DNA of 44,622 bases from a virus: the IMG/VR virus record IMGVR_UViG_3300028534_000007. The stretch is one strand, 5' to 3'. Position numbers and translations under genes: made by a program. The notes under the pieces are model-generated. The model was not told where the DNA came from and made no database searches. It worked only from the letters and a program-made list of their open reading frames with translations. Positions 24,651 through 33,756 of this stretch are shown piece after piece (the stretch's first letter is position 1; every line of letters begins with the position of its first letter).

Positions 24651-26414
24651 TTACAAATCAAGCTGAACTCTTGCCATTATTTCAGCTCTAAACCATACGC
24701 CGTCAATATCTCTTGGGTTGCCATAGGTTACATTTTTGCTCTCTGGAACTTCAAAGATTAAGAAATCAACATCTTTGTTATTCTCTATTTTAGAGAAAGT
24801 AGGATAAAAAGGAATAGCGTTTGGGTTTGCTGGAATAGTGTAATAGGCTACCCCAACAAACCAAGTATCTAGTAATGTTGTAATTGGGGTAAAGTCCCCT
24901 AATATCCCTTTTAAATCTAAATTTACTTTTGTTAAATCTGTGCTTGGTATTTGCTCGTTTAGATTTTTTACTCTAAATTGTAAGTTAATAAAAGCCATCT
25001 CCCCTTGCACATCTACGATAAGGCTGAATGGGTCTATATTTCCCCCACCTTTATAGTCTCCTCCTACTATGGTTACATCGTTTTCAAATGCACTAGGTAA
25101 AGGAGTGTAGTCTTTTACATATCTACTTATCCCCTGAATTATCTTCTTTCTGTCGTCTGTCCCTGCTTTGTGTGCAAATCCTTTTAATTCTGCTATTAAA
25201 TTATTATCTCTATATACTTCAAAAAAGGTTGAAGAATTGTTGAAAGTTATACAATCATCAGTATCAGTCCCTAGATTGATACACTTTTTAAAATGTGCTT
25301 TCTCTTCAAAAGTTGATGTGGCTTTCACTGTTAGAGTGTCACTATCTGCATCACCTAGTGTGGTATTTCCCTGAACCTCTAAATCTTTTTCAAAAGTCCC
25401 TTTTTCTTTAGCTTGCAGGGTTCCGTTTATCAGCGTGTTATCTGTTGGGCTATCACCTAAAGTTGTATTCCCATCAGCAGTTAAAGCACCCTCTATATAT
25501 ACATTCTTTTTAGCTGTTACATTTTCATTAAAAGTAGATACGCCTTTTACAATAATAGAGTCTGTGTTATCACTTCCAAGATTCACATTTCCTTGTAAGT
25601 CTGTATCCCCTTGAACTTCAAGCCCTTTTTCTGCTGTCATATCCTCTTTAAAAGTAGAGGTAGCTTTTACGGTTAGTGTATCTGTGCTATCTTCTCCAAG
25701 TGTTGTATTATCTGCAACACTTAGGTTATTCCCAACACTTAACCCTTTTTCTGCTGTCATATCCTCTTTAAAAGTAGAGGTAGCTTTTACGGTTAGTGTA
25801 TCTGTGCTATCTTCTCCAAGTGTTGTATTGTCTTTTATAGTTAGGTTTTGGGCTTCAATATCTTTAAATTGTGGAGTTCCATTGAAAATTATTTTATCGC
25901 TTGTTTCATTTCCTAATACAACATCACCATTTACATATAAATCTTTTTTTAGTTCTGTGTCCTCTTCAGCAACTAAAACCCCTTTTACTCTGATTGTGTC
26001 GGCGTCTGTATCTCCTAAAAAAGTATCGCCATTTAGTTTAGTTACTCCATCAACTGTTAAGTTTTTATCTGCTTGAATATCCTCTTTAAAGGCTGAAGTC
26101 CCTTTTATTTCTATGGTGTCGGATGAGTCGTCACCTAGTGTAGTGTTACCATTGACTAGCAAATTACTATCTGCTGTTAAATTCCCTTTAACTGTTGCAT
26201 TGCCATCTAAAGATGTATCATTAGTAACCTTTAAAGTGTCAAGTGTAGTTAATTTAGTAGCCTCATCAAAACTAGCTATAATCTCTCCATCTTGTGTGAG
26301 TATTTGAGTTTGCTTATTGTCTCCTGCTTTTATTGTTACATTACAATCTGCACACTCTAAAGAACTACTACCTTTCCCTATTAATTGCTCATAATCTCTA
26401 TTTTCTAGACTCAT
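24651..26414 (-). CDS. Repeat-rich fibre/spike-like protein (about nine 40-aa beta-rich repeats plus a C-terminal globular domain)
   Basis: 587 aa. The repeat consensus is GNTTLGDDSxDTLTVKGTSTFKEDxTAxKNLxV. Its start overlaps the holin stop (ATGA). Confidence 0.65.
   Translation of the reverse strand: MSLENRDYEQLIGKGSSSLECADCNVTIKAGDNKQTQILTQDGEIIASFDEATKLTTLDTLKVTNDTSLDGNATVKGNLTADSNLLVNGNTTLGDDSSDTIEIKGTSAFKEDIQADKNLTVDGVTKLNGDTFLGDTDADTIRVKGVLVAEEDTELKKDLYVNGDVVLGNETSDKIIFNGTPQFKDIEAQNLTIKDNTTLGEDSTDTLTVKATSTFKEDMTAEKGLSVGNNLSVADNTTLGEDSTDTLTVKATSTFKEDMTAEKGLEVQGDTDLQGNVNLGSDNTDSIIVKGVSTFNENVTAKKNVYIEGALTADGNTTLGDSPTDNTLINGTLQAKEKGTFEKDLEVQGNTTLGDADSDTLTVKATSTFEEKAHFKKCINLGTDTDDCITFNNSSTFFEVYRDNNLIAELKGFAHKAGTDDRKKIIQGISRYVKDYTPLPSAFENDVTIVGGDYKGGGNIDPFSLIVDVQGEMAFINLQFRVKNLNEQIPSTDLTKVNLDLKGILGDFTPITTLLDTWFVGVAYYTIPANPNAIPFYPTFSKIENNKDVDFLIFEVPESKNVTYGNPRDIDGVWFRAEIMARVQLDL
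25623..25829. repeat. Exact 87-bp direct repeat with a 120-bp period inside the fibre gene
   Basis: 25623-25709 is identical to 25743-25829. Both copies encode NTTLGEDSTDTLTVKATSTFKEDMTAEKGL. Confidence 0.9.
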
Positions 26415-26791
26415 TTTATTTTTATCTCCTTAGTATCTATATTTTTATTTTTTTCGTATGTTCTCATGGTCGCTATCCCCAACACCCCAGCAACCATCGC
26501 AATAATAGCCTCTGTATCGATTGGCTTTATATCCAATCCAAAACTATTTAATATTGGAACCACAACAGAATTAAAACCAATCCCAATAGCTCCAATCCAA
26601 CCGATAAGAGGACGCCAACCTGCAACATATATATCCCCCTCCTTATCTGTTAAAGGTGGTAAATCTTGTTTACCCTCTTCTCGTCCTACCTCTCCCCTTA
26701 TTTCTGTATCTGCTGGAACCACCTCTCTATTAGAGGTTGTATTATAATATTGCTCCATATCTGCTTTTATTTTGTTTTCTTCTTTTTCCAT
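26411..26791 (-). CDS. Putative holin
   Basis: 126 aa with a charged N-terminus, then AGWRPLIGWIGAIGIGFNSVVVPIL and AIIAMVAGVLGIATM hydrophobic helices and a basic C-terminus. It lies adjacent to the endolysin gene. The WRP-hydrophobic block is reminiscent of GTA-type holins. Confidence 0.55.
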   Translation of the reverse strand: MEKEENKIKADMEQYYNTTSNREVVPADTEIRGEVGREEGKQDLPPLTDKEGDIYVAGWRPLIGWIGAIGIGFNSVVVPILNSFGLDIKPIDTEAIIAMVAGVLGIATMRTYEKNKNIDTKEIKIK

Positions 26792-26804
26792 TATGTTCCT
26801 TTCT

Positions 26805-27260
26805 TTATTGTTTTATTTTTAATTCTCTTCTAATGGATAAAATTTCTCTAATTTTACCAACATCAAAACAAGGACACATTTTATTACCTGCTATTTCCCT
26901 ATGCCCCAAAATCTTATCTATTCCAATTCCATATCTTTTTCTTAAATCCTCTAAAAGAGATATCAGGGATTTAAATTGTTTCTCATGAAACTTTGACTTA
27001 ACATCCCCTATCATACATATAGATATTTGTCCTTTATTATGCCCTTTAATACTTGCTGGGTCTAGCTTTAAGTCCCTTCCTACCTCTATTTGCCCAACAA
27101 GAGGTTCAATAAAAGTATCCTTGTTTATCCACCCATTTAAGATAACAAAGTGATATCCTATATCTTTAAAACCCCTCTTTAAATGCCACTCTCTTATAAG
27201 TGAAGCACTCCCAAAGCTAGACGCTGAACAATGGATATTTATTCCCTTAATTGTTCTCAT
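26805..27260 (-). CDS. Endolysin, N-acetylmuramoyl-L-alanine amidase (T7 lysozyme gp3.5-like, Amidase_2/PGRP)
   Basis: 151 aa. INIHCSAS, IREWHLKRGFKDIGYHFVI, GHNKGQISICMIG and ILGHREI..NKMCPCFDV are colinear with T7 lysozyme. Confidence 0.92.
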   Translation of the reverse strand: MRTIKGINIHCSASSFGSASLIREWHLKRGFKDIGYHFVILNGWINKDTFIEPLVGQIEVGRDLKLDPASIKGHNKGQISICMIGDVKSKFHEKQFKSLISLLEDLRKRYGIGIDKILGHREIAGNKMCPCFDVGKIREILSIRRELKIKQ

Positions 27261-27550
27261 AGTTTAACAACTCCTAAAAGTATTCCTAATAGCGTTGTAA
27301 TCGCCACGCTAGATACGCCTATTATTATTTTTAGAGTTAAATCTTTACTCTTTATAACTTCGCTCTCTAATCTATCTATCCTCTTATGTATAACTTTTCT
27401 CGCTTCATCTGCAAAAGTCTTATTGTATTCTATTTCTTTTTGTATTGCTTCAAAATGGGATAGAATCTTAGCCATTTTGGAAACAGCATCTTTTAAGTCT
27501 TTTATATCTTGTTGTATCTTATCTAACGTCTCGTTCATCGCAACAGCCAC
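27257..27550 (-). CDS. Tail-anchored coiled-coil membrane protein of the lysis cassette (function unclear)
   Basis: 93-97 aa, starting at GTG 27550 or ATG 27538. It has an N-terminal amphipathic coiled coil and a single C-terminal TM helix, IIIGVSSVAITTLLGILLGVV. Its stop overlaps the endolysin start (ATGA). Confidence 0.5.
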   Translation of the reverse strand: MAVAMNETLDKIQQDIKDLKDAVSKMAKILSHFEAIQKEIEYNKTFADEARKVIHKRIDRLESEVIKSKDLTLKIIIGVSSVAITTLLGILLGVVKL

Positions 27551-27815
27551 CCCAACCTTTTAAACTGTCCTCTATCCTAAGGTTCAATCTTCTAATAAGC
27601 TCATAAGTCTTTTTTATTTCACAATTTATAGTTTTTCCCCCGTCCCAACAACTACCAGTGTAGTAACTATAAGGTTGCGGAGTTATGTATATCTCTTTTG
27701 CCTTGTTTGGAGCTACTGTTTTTGGTTTGGAGTCTATCTTTATTTGTTTTGGTTCGGGCTCTACGCACCCTATAAAAACAAAACTTATAATTAAAAGATA
27801 AAACAATATTCGCAC
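27519..27815 (-). CDS. Lipoprotein, o-spanin-like (Pro-rich, Cys-rich)
   Basis: GTG start with an AAAGGA SD. Signal peptide MRILFYLLIISFVFIG|C with a lipobox-like FIGC. The mature N-terminus is proline-rich (VEPEPKQIKIDSKPKTVAPNK), and there are five further Cys residues. Confidence 0.6.
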   Translation of the reverse strand: MRILFYLLIISFVFIGCVEPEPKQIKIDSKPKTVAPNKAKEIYITPQPYSYYTGSCWDGGKTINCEIKKTYELIRRLNLRIEDSLKGWGGCCDERDVR

Positions 27816-27879
27816 TTTTAAATCCTTTCAGGAGATATCTATATTATAACTAAGGGATATTTTAAAAAAGATTTTACCC

Positions 27880-27912
27880 CCCTCTCTACCAAATTAACAA
27901 AAATAGAGAGGG
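27880..27912 (-). terminator. Possible terminator hairpin after the 862-aa fibre gene
   Basis: CCCTCTCTA, 15-nt loop, TAGAGAGGG. On the minus strand a T-run follows after about 10 nt. Confidence 0.3.
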
Positions 27913-28075
27913 ATAGGAAATTTTGAGAAGTCTTTAAAAAGTGGAGCTTTCTTAATACCCACTTTACTACAAAGGAGGAAAAAGGAAAAGGCTATATATA
28001 AACCTCTTAGGAAAACTTAACAATTATAGCCCCTAATCTCCAACCCTACCACCCACCCCAATATCACTATTTGTT

Positions 28076-30664
28076 TTAAATTCCTAACAATGCTCTATCG
28101 AAATTATAATATGCCTCTGCGTGTGCTTCCTTATCGTTGTAATTTGTATCTATATTACATCTTAATAATGTAGCTTCTATTGCACATTTTACAGTAGATG
28201 CGTTAGTGCTAAAAATCCTATCAAAATTAGACAAATAGTTAGCAGAATGGATTAATTCTCCTATAAAGGTATTATCTATATATAAAGAGGTTTGCTTTGT
28301 AGATGCGTTATGGCTTATAAAGATATGGTGTAGAGTGTCTGTAAAGTCTGATTGATTTAACCCATCAAAGTTTACATCAGCCCCATAAAAAGCAACTGTA
28401 AATGTGTCGCTATCTCTCCAACCAATATGAATTGATTTTTGAGTTTCTCTATTCTGCGAGTTTCCAATTAGGTAGTTATTATTTCTTACAACTGCTACTC
28501 TATGCCAAAAGCTAAATTCAAAATTTCTAGTATTTAGGTCTATACCTCCACCACCTAAAGCTATATCTCTACTACCAAAGTTATAAGTGGACGCCCAGTT
28601 AATCCCCTCGATAATGGTGCAATCTACATCATTAACAGCGTATATCCCAGTTACAGAAGTTAAGGCGTTATCTTTAAAACATGAGTGGATTTTATCTCCT
28701 CTCATCATAAAAGCCTCGGTGTTGTTATCAAGAACTTTAAATATAGAGTTGGTTGTTATATTTCTAGTGGCAATATTAACTGTTAAATCTCCACCCCCCA
28801 TAGCTTGGGCTACATTGATATAACCTTTCTTTCTATCCTCTATAACAGCATTAGACACAGTGTCTAATTCTTTTCCTACTGGTAAATCCACCTTAAATCT
28901 ATAAGCATGAACCCCCTCTAAGATAGTGCGTGAAGTCTCTCCGTTATCCACTGTTGCACCATTGAATGTAACAGTCACAGCAGTAGCAATAGTTGAATCT
29001 CTGTCAAGTTTAATGTAACTAGTCCCTATAATACAGAGCGTTGCAGTTCTCCCGTAAACCCTTGTATATAGTCCGCCATAAGTAGTGGTATTTCTCCAAT
29101 ACCCAGCATGAGAACCCTCAATTGGATAGCCACTCCCTGACGCATCATCATCACTAGCCATTTTAATAGCGTGAGTGTGTTCTTGTAAGTCTTGTTCTAC
29201 AAGTTCGCCTATTTCCTCTGGTAGCCCTCTACCACCAGCCCCATACAAGATATCTCCTCTCCAATCGGGAAGAGTTACATCATACCCATTTACACTAAAT
29301 CCTACATATTTAGAGGCATTAGCATTAATATGTTCTGCTAGTAGCTTATCTTTTACAGTCTGTCCGTTTAAGGCGTATATTCCTTTTTGGTGGTCTTCTA
29401 CTTGGAATACAAAACGCCCAACTGCGGAATAATCTACATTTAAAGGTTGTGGATCAAAATCACTTAAAACTCTAACACTATCTTCTGTATAGATTAATTC
29501 TACACTCTGCTTAGTAGTCCCAACAGTATATAATACATCTCCATTCTCATTTTCAATAATTACTTCATTATCATTTTCATCAACCTTAGTAACGGAGATA
29601 TATTTACCCTTTGTTGTAGTGTCTGGATTTGGAATGGTTGCAACAATATCACCGTTAGTGCTATCTACTAGATATTGCTTTCCTGCTTCGGCTGTAAAAT
29701 CTGTATTTATATTTACAGTGTCAAGCTTTCCCCCACCTTCTAATTTATTCCAGTAGCCCTGACTCCCATCAGTTGGAGCAATACCATCTGTTGCATCTTT
29801 GTTAAAAGTATATAAAACAATATCTGGCAAATAAGAGGTAAGCTGTCTAGTTTCTCCCTCTTTAGGTGCTTCTATATCTGCTAAGGTAGATTCATCTTGG
29901 GTTGGAGTCTCCAAAAGGGAGAAATAGCTTCCACCACTTCCAATGTGTGCCTCACCTAATTTGGATGCGTAAATTTGTCTAACATTTTTACTCCCCAAAT
30001 CTACGGTATCTTTTCTAATTAATAGCCCACCAATAAAGTATAACCCTTTTTCTTGTAGGTCTGGTATTGGTTCGTCTATATGCTGGTAACTAGCAGTATT
30101 CAAAGATGTATACTTTCTATCCCCTCTTACTATCTTTAAATCTCCATTCTTAGAGAGATATAGCTTTTGAAAGGTGGTGTTATAGCTTTTGTTTAACTCT
30201 TTAACCGTTCCCCCATCTACATAGTGGAGAGGGTCTATCTCGGTTTGATTAGCATCTGTAATATTTCCATCTGTGTCTATATAGTCAAAAGTTTTGCTTA
30301 GCTGTTCTGGGATATCGTATATATCAAATGCGATTCTTTCAGGGTCAAATATTGTTAGTCTCCCTTGTCTAATTCCAATATCCAAACCACTACCCAAGAC
30401 TAAATCAAAGCCATTCTTAACAGCTCCTATATTCGTATTAAACTCTTTCTGTTTATGGACTAAATCGACTTTTAACCATTTAGAAGGGTCATTCAGCGGG
30501 GAATCCGCCATTATATCGACGGATTCCAGTGCCCTATAAATATCGCCAGTGTTTGGATCTATTGCAAATAAAACGCCATCAGTCCCAAAAACTCTTAGTT
30601 TGCTATCGTATCTTAGCATTAGGTGGTTATCTTTTATATCTGTTTGATTATATGTCTTTATCAT
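28076..30664 (-). CDS. Tail fibre/spike protein with a tail-collar domain and a C-terminal LamG/concanavalin-like domain
   Basis: 862 aa. YALNGQTV..LLAEHI....VTLPDWRGDILYGAGGRG fits the Phage_tail_collar pattern (cdGq..L...f.LPDlRG). The C-terminus FEFSFWHRV...HHIFISHNASTKQTSLYIDNTFIGE fits the LamG jelly-roll pattern. Confidence 0.7.
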   Translation of the reverse strand: MIKTYNQTDIKDNHLMLRYDSKLRVFGTDGVLFAIDPNTGDIYRALESVDIMADSPLNDPSKWLKVDLVHKQKEFNTNIGAVKNGFDLVLGSGLDIGIRQGRLTIFDPERIAFDIYDIPEQLSKTFDYIDTDGNITDANQTEIDPLHYVDGGTVKELNKSYNTTFQKLYLSKNGDLKIVRGDRKYTSLNTASYQHIDEPIPDLQEKGLYFIGGLLIRKDTVDLGSKNVRQIYASKLGEAHIGSGGSYFSLLETPTQDESTLADIEAPKEGETRQLTSYLPDIVLYTFNKDATDGIAPTDGSQGYWNKLEGGGKLDTVNINTDFTAEAGKQYLVDSTNGDIVATIPNPDTTTKGKYISVTKVDENDNEVIIENENGDVLYTVGTTKQSVELIYTEDSVRVLSDFDPQPLNVDYSAVGRFVFQVEDHQKGIYALNGQTVKDKLLAEHINANASKYVGFSVNGYDVTLPDWRGDILYGAGGRGLPEEIGELVEQDLQEHTHAIKMASDDDASGSGYPIEGSHAGYWRNTTTYGGLYTRVYGRTATLCIIGTSYIKLDRDSTIATAVTVTFNGATVDNGETSRTILEGVHAYRFKVDLPVGKELDTVSNAVIEDRKKGYINVAQAMGGGDLTVNIATRNITTNSIFKVLDNNTEAFMMRGDKIHSCFKDNALTSVTGIYAVNDVDCTIIEGINWASTYNFGSRDIALGGGGIDLNTRNFEFSFWHRVAVVRNNNYLIGNSQNRETQKSIHIGWRDSDTFTVAFYGADVNFDGLNQSDFTDTLHHIFISHNASTKQTSLYIDNTFIGELIHSANYLSNFDRIFSTNASTVKCAIEATLLRCNIDTNYNDKEAHAEAYYNFDRALLGI

Positions 30665-31647
30665 TATTTAACCCCTTGTAGTGTTATGAAGTCCCCTTGA
30701 TAAATAAAATTAGTTGCAATCGTAGTAGATAAATCTAACTTTATTTGATTAACTCCATTTACCTTTACTTTACTTGGTGGAACTAAAACGCCATTATATG
30801 TGATATTAGCCCCCGCAACCTCAAAGAGTGTTTTATTTATATCTGAAGTTAAAAAGCTTACATTCTCTAATTGTCCTATTGTAAAGTCTAACGCGTTTCC
30901 ATCGCTATCTGTTAAAGTAGTGTTCGTGCTATCTACTCCTACATTAACCAATACAACTCTATCATCTTTTATAGCTTGGTCACTGTTGCTAGTAGCCTCT
31001 ACATAAAAAGGGAGTGGTTCTTGTAGGTCTAGTAATTCATCTTCAGCAAAACCACCCAATCTATAATTTTCTAAAACTTTGCCCTCTTTTTGAGCTACTG
31101 CTAAAGTTCCCTTGTTATATGCTTCATTCCAATATACTTTATAATCTCCACTTGGAATTTCGACAGCTTCTAAAATGTGGTTCTCATCGTCCCACGCTAC
31201 AAAAGATAATTGGATTCTATTATCTGAAAGGTGTTCACCGTCTGAATGGTCGCTACTCCATAAGGCATGAACTAATCTTCTTTTTAAAACCTTTCCTGTG
31301 TCATCTTTTATAAGGTCTATAACTTCATCATCTTCGCTGTTATAAACTATTGAGAGGTTTCCAACTCTTCCACCTACTTCATTCTGCTTTAGTGAGTGGT
31401 TGCCTATTGTGTCACTAGCACAAATTAAACCACCATTTACAGACTCATAATATGTTCCATCTATATAGCAGTCTTTATCTGGTGCATTCTCAATTGTATA
31501 TCTGTTTGTATCAGCAGATAAAGAGAACTCTAAACTATCGCCTAATACTGGAACTTTAGGCGTAATAGTCTCTGTCATGTTAGCATAATGTGGGACTCCT
31601 GACTTATCAACCCCTAGCTTAATCTCTATTTGTGCATCTTGTATCAT
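30664..31647 (-). CDS. Hypothetical virion/tail-associated protein
   Basis: 327-aa beta-rich ORF between two fibre genes. Its stop codon overlaps the downstream start by 1 nt (shared base 30664). Confidence 0.5.
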   Translation of the reverse strand: MIQDAQIEIKLGVDKSGVPHYANMTETITPKVPVLGDSLEFSLSADTNRYTIENAPDKDCYIDGTYYESVNGGLICASDTIGNHSLKQNEVGGRVGNLSIVYNSEDDEVIDLIKDDTGKVLKRRLVHALWSSDHSDGEHLSDNRIQLSFVAWDDENHILEAVEIPSGDYKVYWNEAYNKGTLAVAQKEGKVLENYRLGGFAEDELLDLQEPLPFYVEATSNSDQAIKDDRVVLVNVGVDSTNTTLTDSDGNALDFTIGQLENVSFLTSDINKTLFEVAGANITYNGVLVPPSKVKVNGVNQIKLDLSTTIATNFIYQGDFITLQGVK

Positions 31648-31658
31648 TGTTTAGCTCC

Positions 31659-33746
31659 TTATTTTTTAAATTCTATCCATGCATTATCATATAAAACGCC
31701 ATTCGGCAAAACTCTATCAGTGTTAATTATTACATCATTTCCACTTTGTGTAATATCCTTGTAAGGGATAACCTGCCCGTTTAAGGTAACTATTAATTTT
31801 CCTGAACCGTTGGATATATCATCTGTTGCATCAGTCTCTTTGATATTTAGAGTTGCACCATCTCCATTTTTTATAGTTATATTTCCTTTTGTAATGGTGG
31901 CTCTTAACTGTCCTTTTGTCTCTTGTTCCCCATCTGATACAGCAAAAGCGTGGGCTTGTTTTAGTTCATTAGCGTAAATTAGAACAGCTTTCCCATCGCT
32001 ATCTATACTATAAGCCCATTGTGTGGATATTCCCTCATCATTTGTAAAGTTACCCCACACAATACAATCTGTATAAGCCTTAGACGCTGAATAGCTTTCT
32101 ACCTCACTTCTTGTTGGTATTTTGTCAGCCTTGTTTATTTCGTCCTCTGGTGCGAAATGGTGGACTACTTTCGGAGTTCCTAATGTTTCAAATCTATTTG
32201 TTCCATTATCCCATTTTTTTAATACGTTCGTATCATCTACTAGATAGATAAAATCTTCATCTCTTGGAGCGTTGGTTTGTAAATCCAAATCGTTAGCCAT
32301 TCTCCATAGTTCTTTATTTGCTCTTTTTTGTTTACCATCTTCATAGTAATATAGTTTCCCGTAGTGGTCTTTATCTACAAAAAGAGTGTTCTCTTGATTT
32401 GCATCATTTTCATTCTCTATAAACTCAACACTACCAGCACCAGCCGACTTTATATCTACAAATTCAGTTCCATTCCAATAGTAAGCATGGTCGTTTGAAG
32501 TATTTACAAATAGTTTTCTACCATTTAAAGGGGCGAAATCATCGCTATCATTTGCTATTTGTATCTCTTCTTCTTGGGCGTCTGCTAATACCTGATAGCT
32601 CGTGCCGTCCCAATATCTCAATACTCCCTTATCATCTAAGTATAAAACTCCATCTGTTCCCTTAGTTGGTAGTTGATTATATAATATTCCATGTGGGATA
32701 TACTCAGAACCATCAAACATATAAGGGGTTTTAGTGCTTCTATCTATATAGATTTTGTCTAGTGTTGCTGTGGTCTTATCGGGGAAATCCTCTTTTTTGT
32801 CATAGAACTCAATAGTCCCCTCTTCTCTTTTACCAATCCACGCCCCATCTGTTGCACTGTAATAGAAGAACATATCACGGCTTCTATCCCACGCAATAGC
32901 TCCATTTACTGCTGGATTTGGTGCATTTTCTATTTTATCTACTTCGGTTACTATTGGAGTAGTTCTATCATCTAAAACAAGATAATAACCACTTACAACA
33001 TCATTTACATTTAGAGGTAACTTAAATCTTATAATTTTCCCGTCTGGTGCTTCATAGTCATCAAGACTCATCCTGATTCCATTTAGATATACAGCCAATC
33101 CGTGGAGCTGATATCCCTCTGGTATTGCAATCTCTGTTGCACCACTCGTAAGGTTTTCAACATCAAAGTTCCTTAAGTCTCCGTCCCATGTGCTAAACCC
33201 ACTTACAACATCATCATACTCTAATGGCTCGGTAAAAGTTATAGTTTGTCCATCGATGGCAATAAAGTCATCAAGAGACATCTTGACACCATTTAAATAC
33301 ACTTGAACAGTATCAGGGTTATAGCCCTCAGGGATTGCAACTGTTGAGGTTGTGCCATCAACATTGACATCAAAACTCTTAAAGTGTGTTCTCTCCTGAA
33401 CACTAAACGGAACAGTAGATAAACTCTTTTGCCACACCTTGCCATCATAGACATACAGAACTTTATCAACAGTGTTCCAATACATTAAGCCAACCGATAG
33501 CCCCTTGCCGTCTATATCCATTTTAGGATGGCTACTTCTATATCCTAAATACATGTGGTCAAAAGAGTTTAAACACTCACATAAATTATCAGGATATTTT
33601 ACTTTTTCTAATTCAGTAGCTAATAATTTTTCTGATGGTATTCTGTCTTCTGTGGGGGTATCACTTAAAACAGTTACAACAGAAGTTTTATCTACTTTTT
33701 TATCACACTCTAAATTTAATTGCTCTTGGGTTACATAACTAGCCAT
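31659..33746 (-). CDS. Tail fibre-like protein with tandem approximately 65-aa domains and repeated hairpin motifs
   Basis: 695 aa. Duplicated blocks VNVDGTTSTVAIPEGYNPDTVQVYLNGVKMSLDDFIAIDGQTITF and VENLTSGATEIAIPEGYQLHGLAVYLNGIRMSLDDYEAPDGKIIRF resemble the T7 gp17 N-terminal fold pattern. A hydrophobic-Y-W-D/N-G-T motif recurs about six times. Confidence 0.55.
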   Translation of the reverse strand: MASYVTQEQLNLECDKKVDKTSVVTVLSDTPTEDRIPSEKLLATELEKVKYPDNLCECLNSFDHMYLGYRSSHPKMDIDGKGLSVGLMYWNTVDKVLYVYDGKVWQKSLSTVPFSVQERTHFKSFDVNVDGTTSTVAIPEGYNPDTVQVYLNGVKMSLDDFIAIDGQTITFTEPLEYDDVVSGFSTWDGDLRNFDVENLTSGATEIAIPEGYQLHGLAVYLNGIRMSLDDYEAPDGKIIRFKLPLNVNDVVSGYYLVLDDRTTPIVTEVDKIENAPNPAVNGAIAWDRSRDMFFYYSATDGAWIGKREEGTIEFYDKKEDFPDKTTATLDKIYIDRSTKTPYMFDGSEYIPHGILYNQLPTKGTDGVLYLDDKGVLRYWDGTSYQVLADAQEEEIQIANDSDDFAPLNGRKLFVNTSNDHAYYWNGTEFVDIKSAGAGSVEFIENENDANQENTLFVDKDHYGKLYYYEDGKQKRANKELWRMANDLDLQTNAPRDEDFIYLVDDTNVLKKWDNGTNRFETLGTPKVVHHFAPEDEINKADKIPTRSEVESYSASKAYTDCIVWGNFTNDEGISTQWAYSIDSDGKAVLIYANELKQAHAFAVSDGEQETKGQLRATITKGNITIKNGDGATLNIKETDATDDISNGSGKLIVTLNGQVIPYKDITQSGNDVIINTDRVLPNGVLYDNAWIEFKK

Positions 33747-33756
33747 ATTTTAACTC

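Noticed and set aside
25623-25829. Possibility that the identical 87-bp copies are the template and variable repeats of a diversity-generating retroelement
   Set aside because: No reverse transcriptase or accessory gene is present in the genome. The two copies are identical rather than differing at adenines. They are tandem in-frame modules of one repeat protein.
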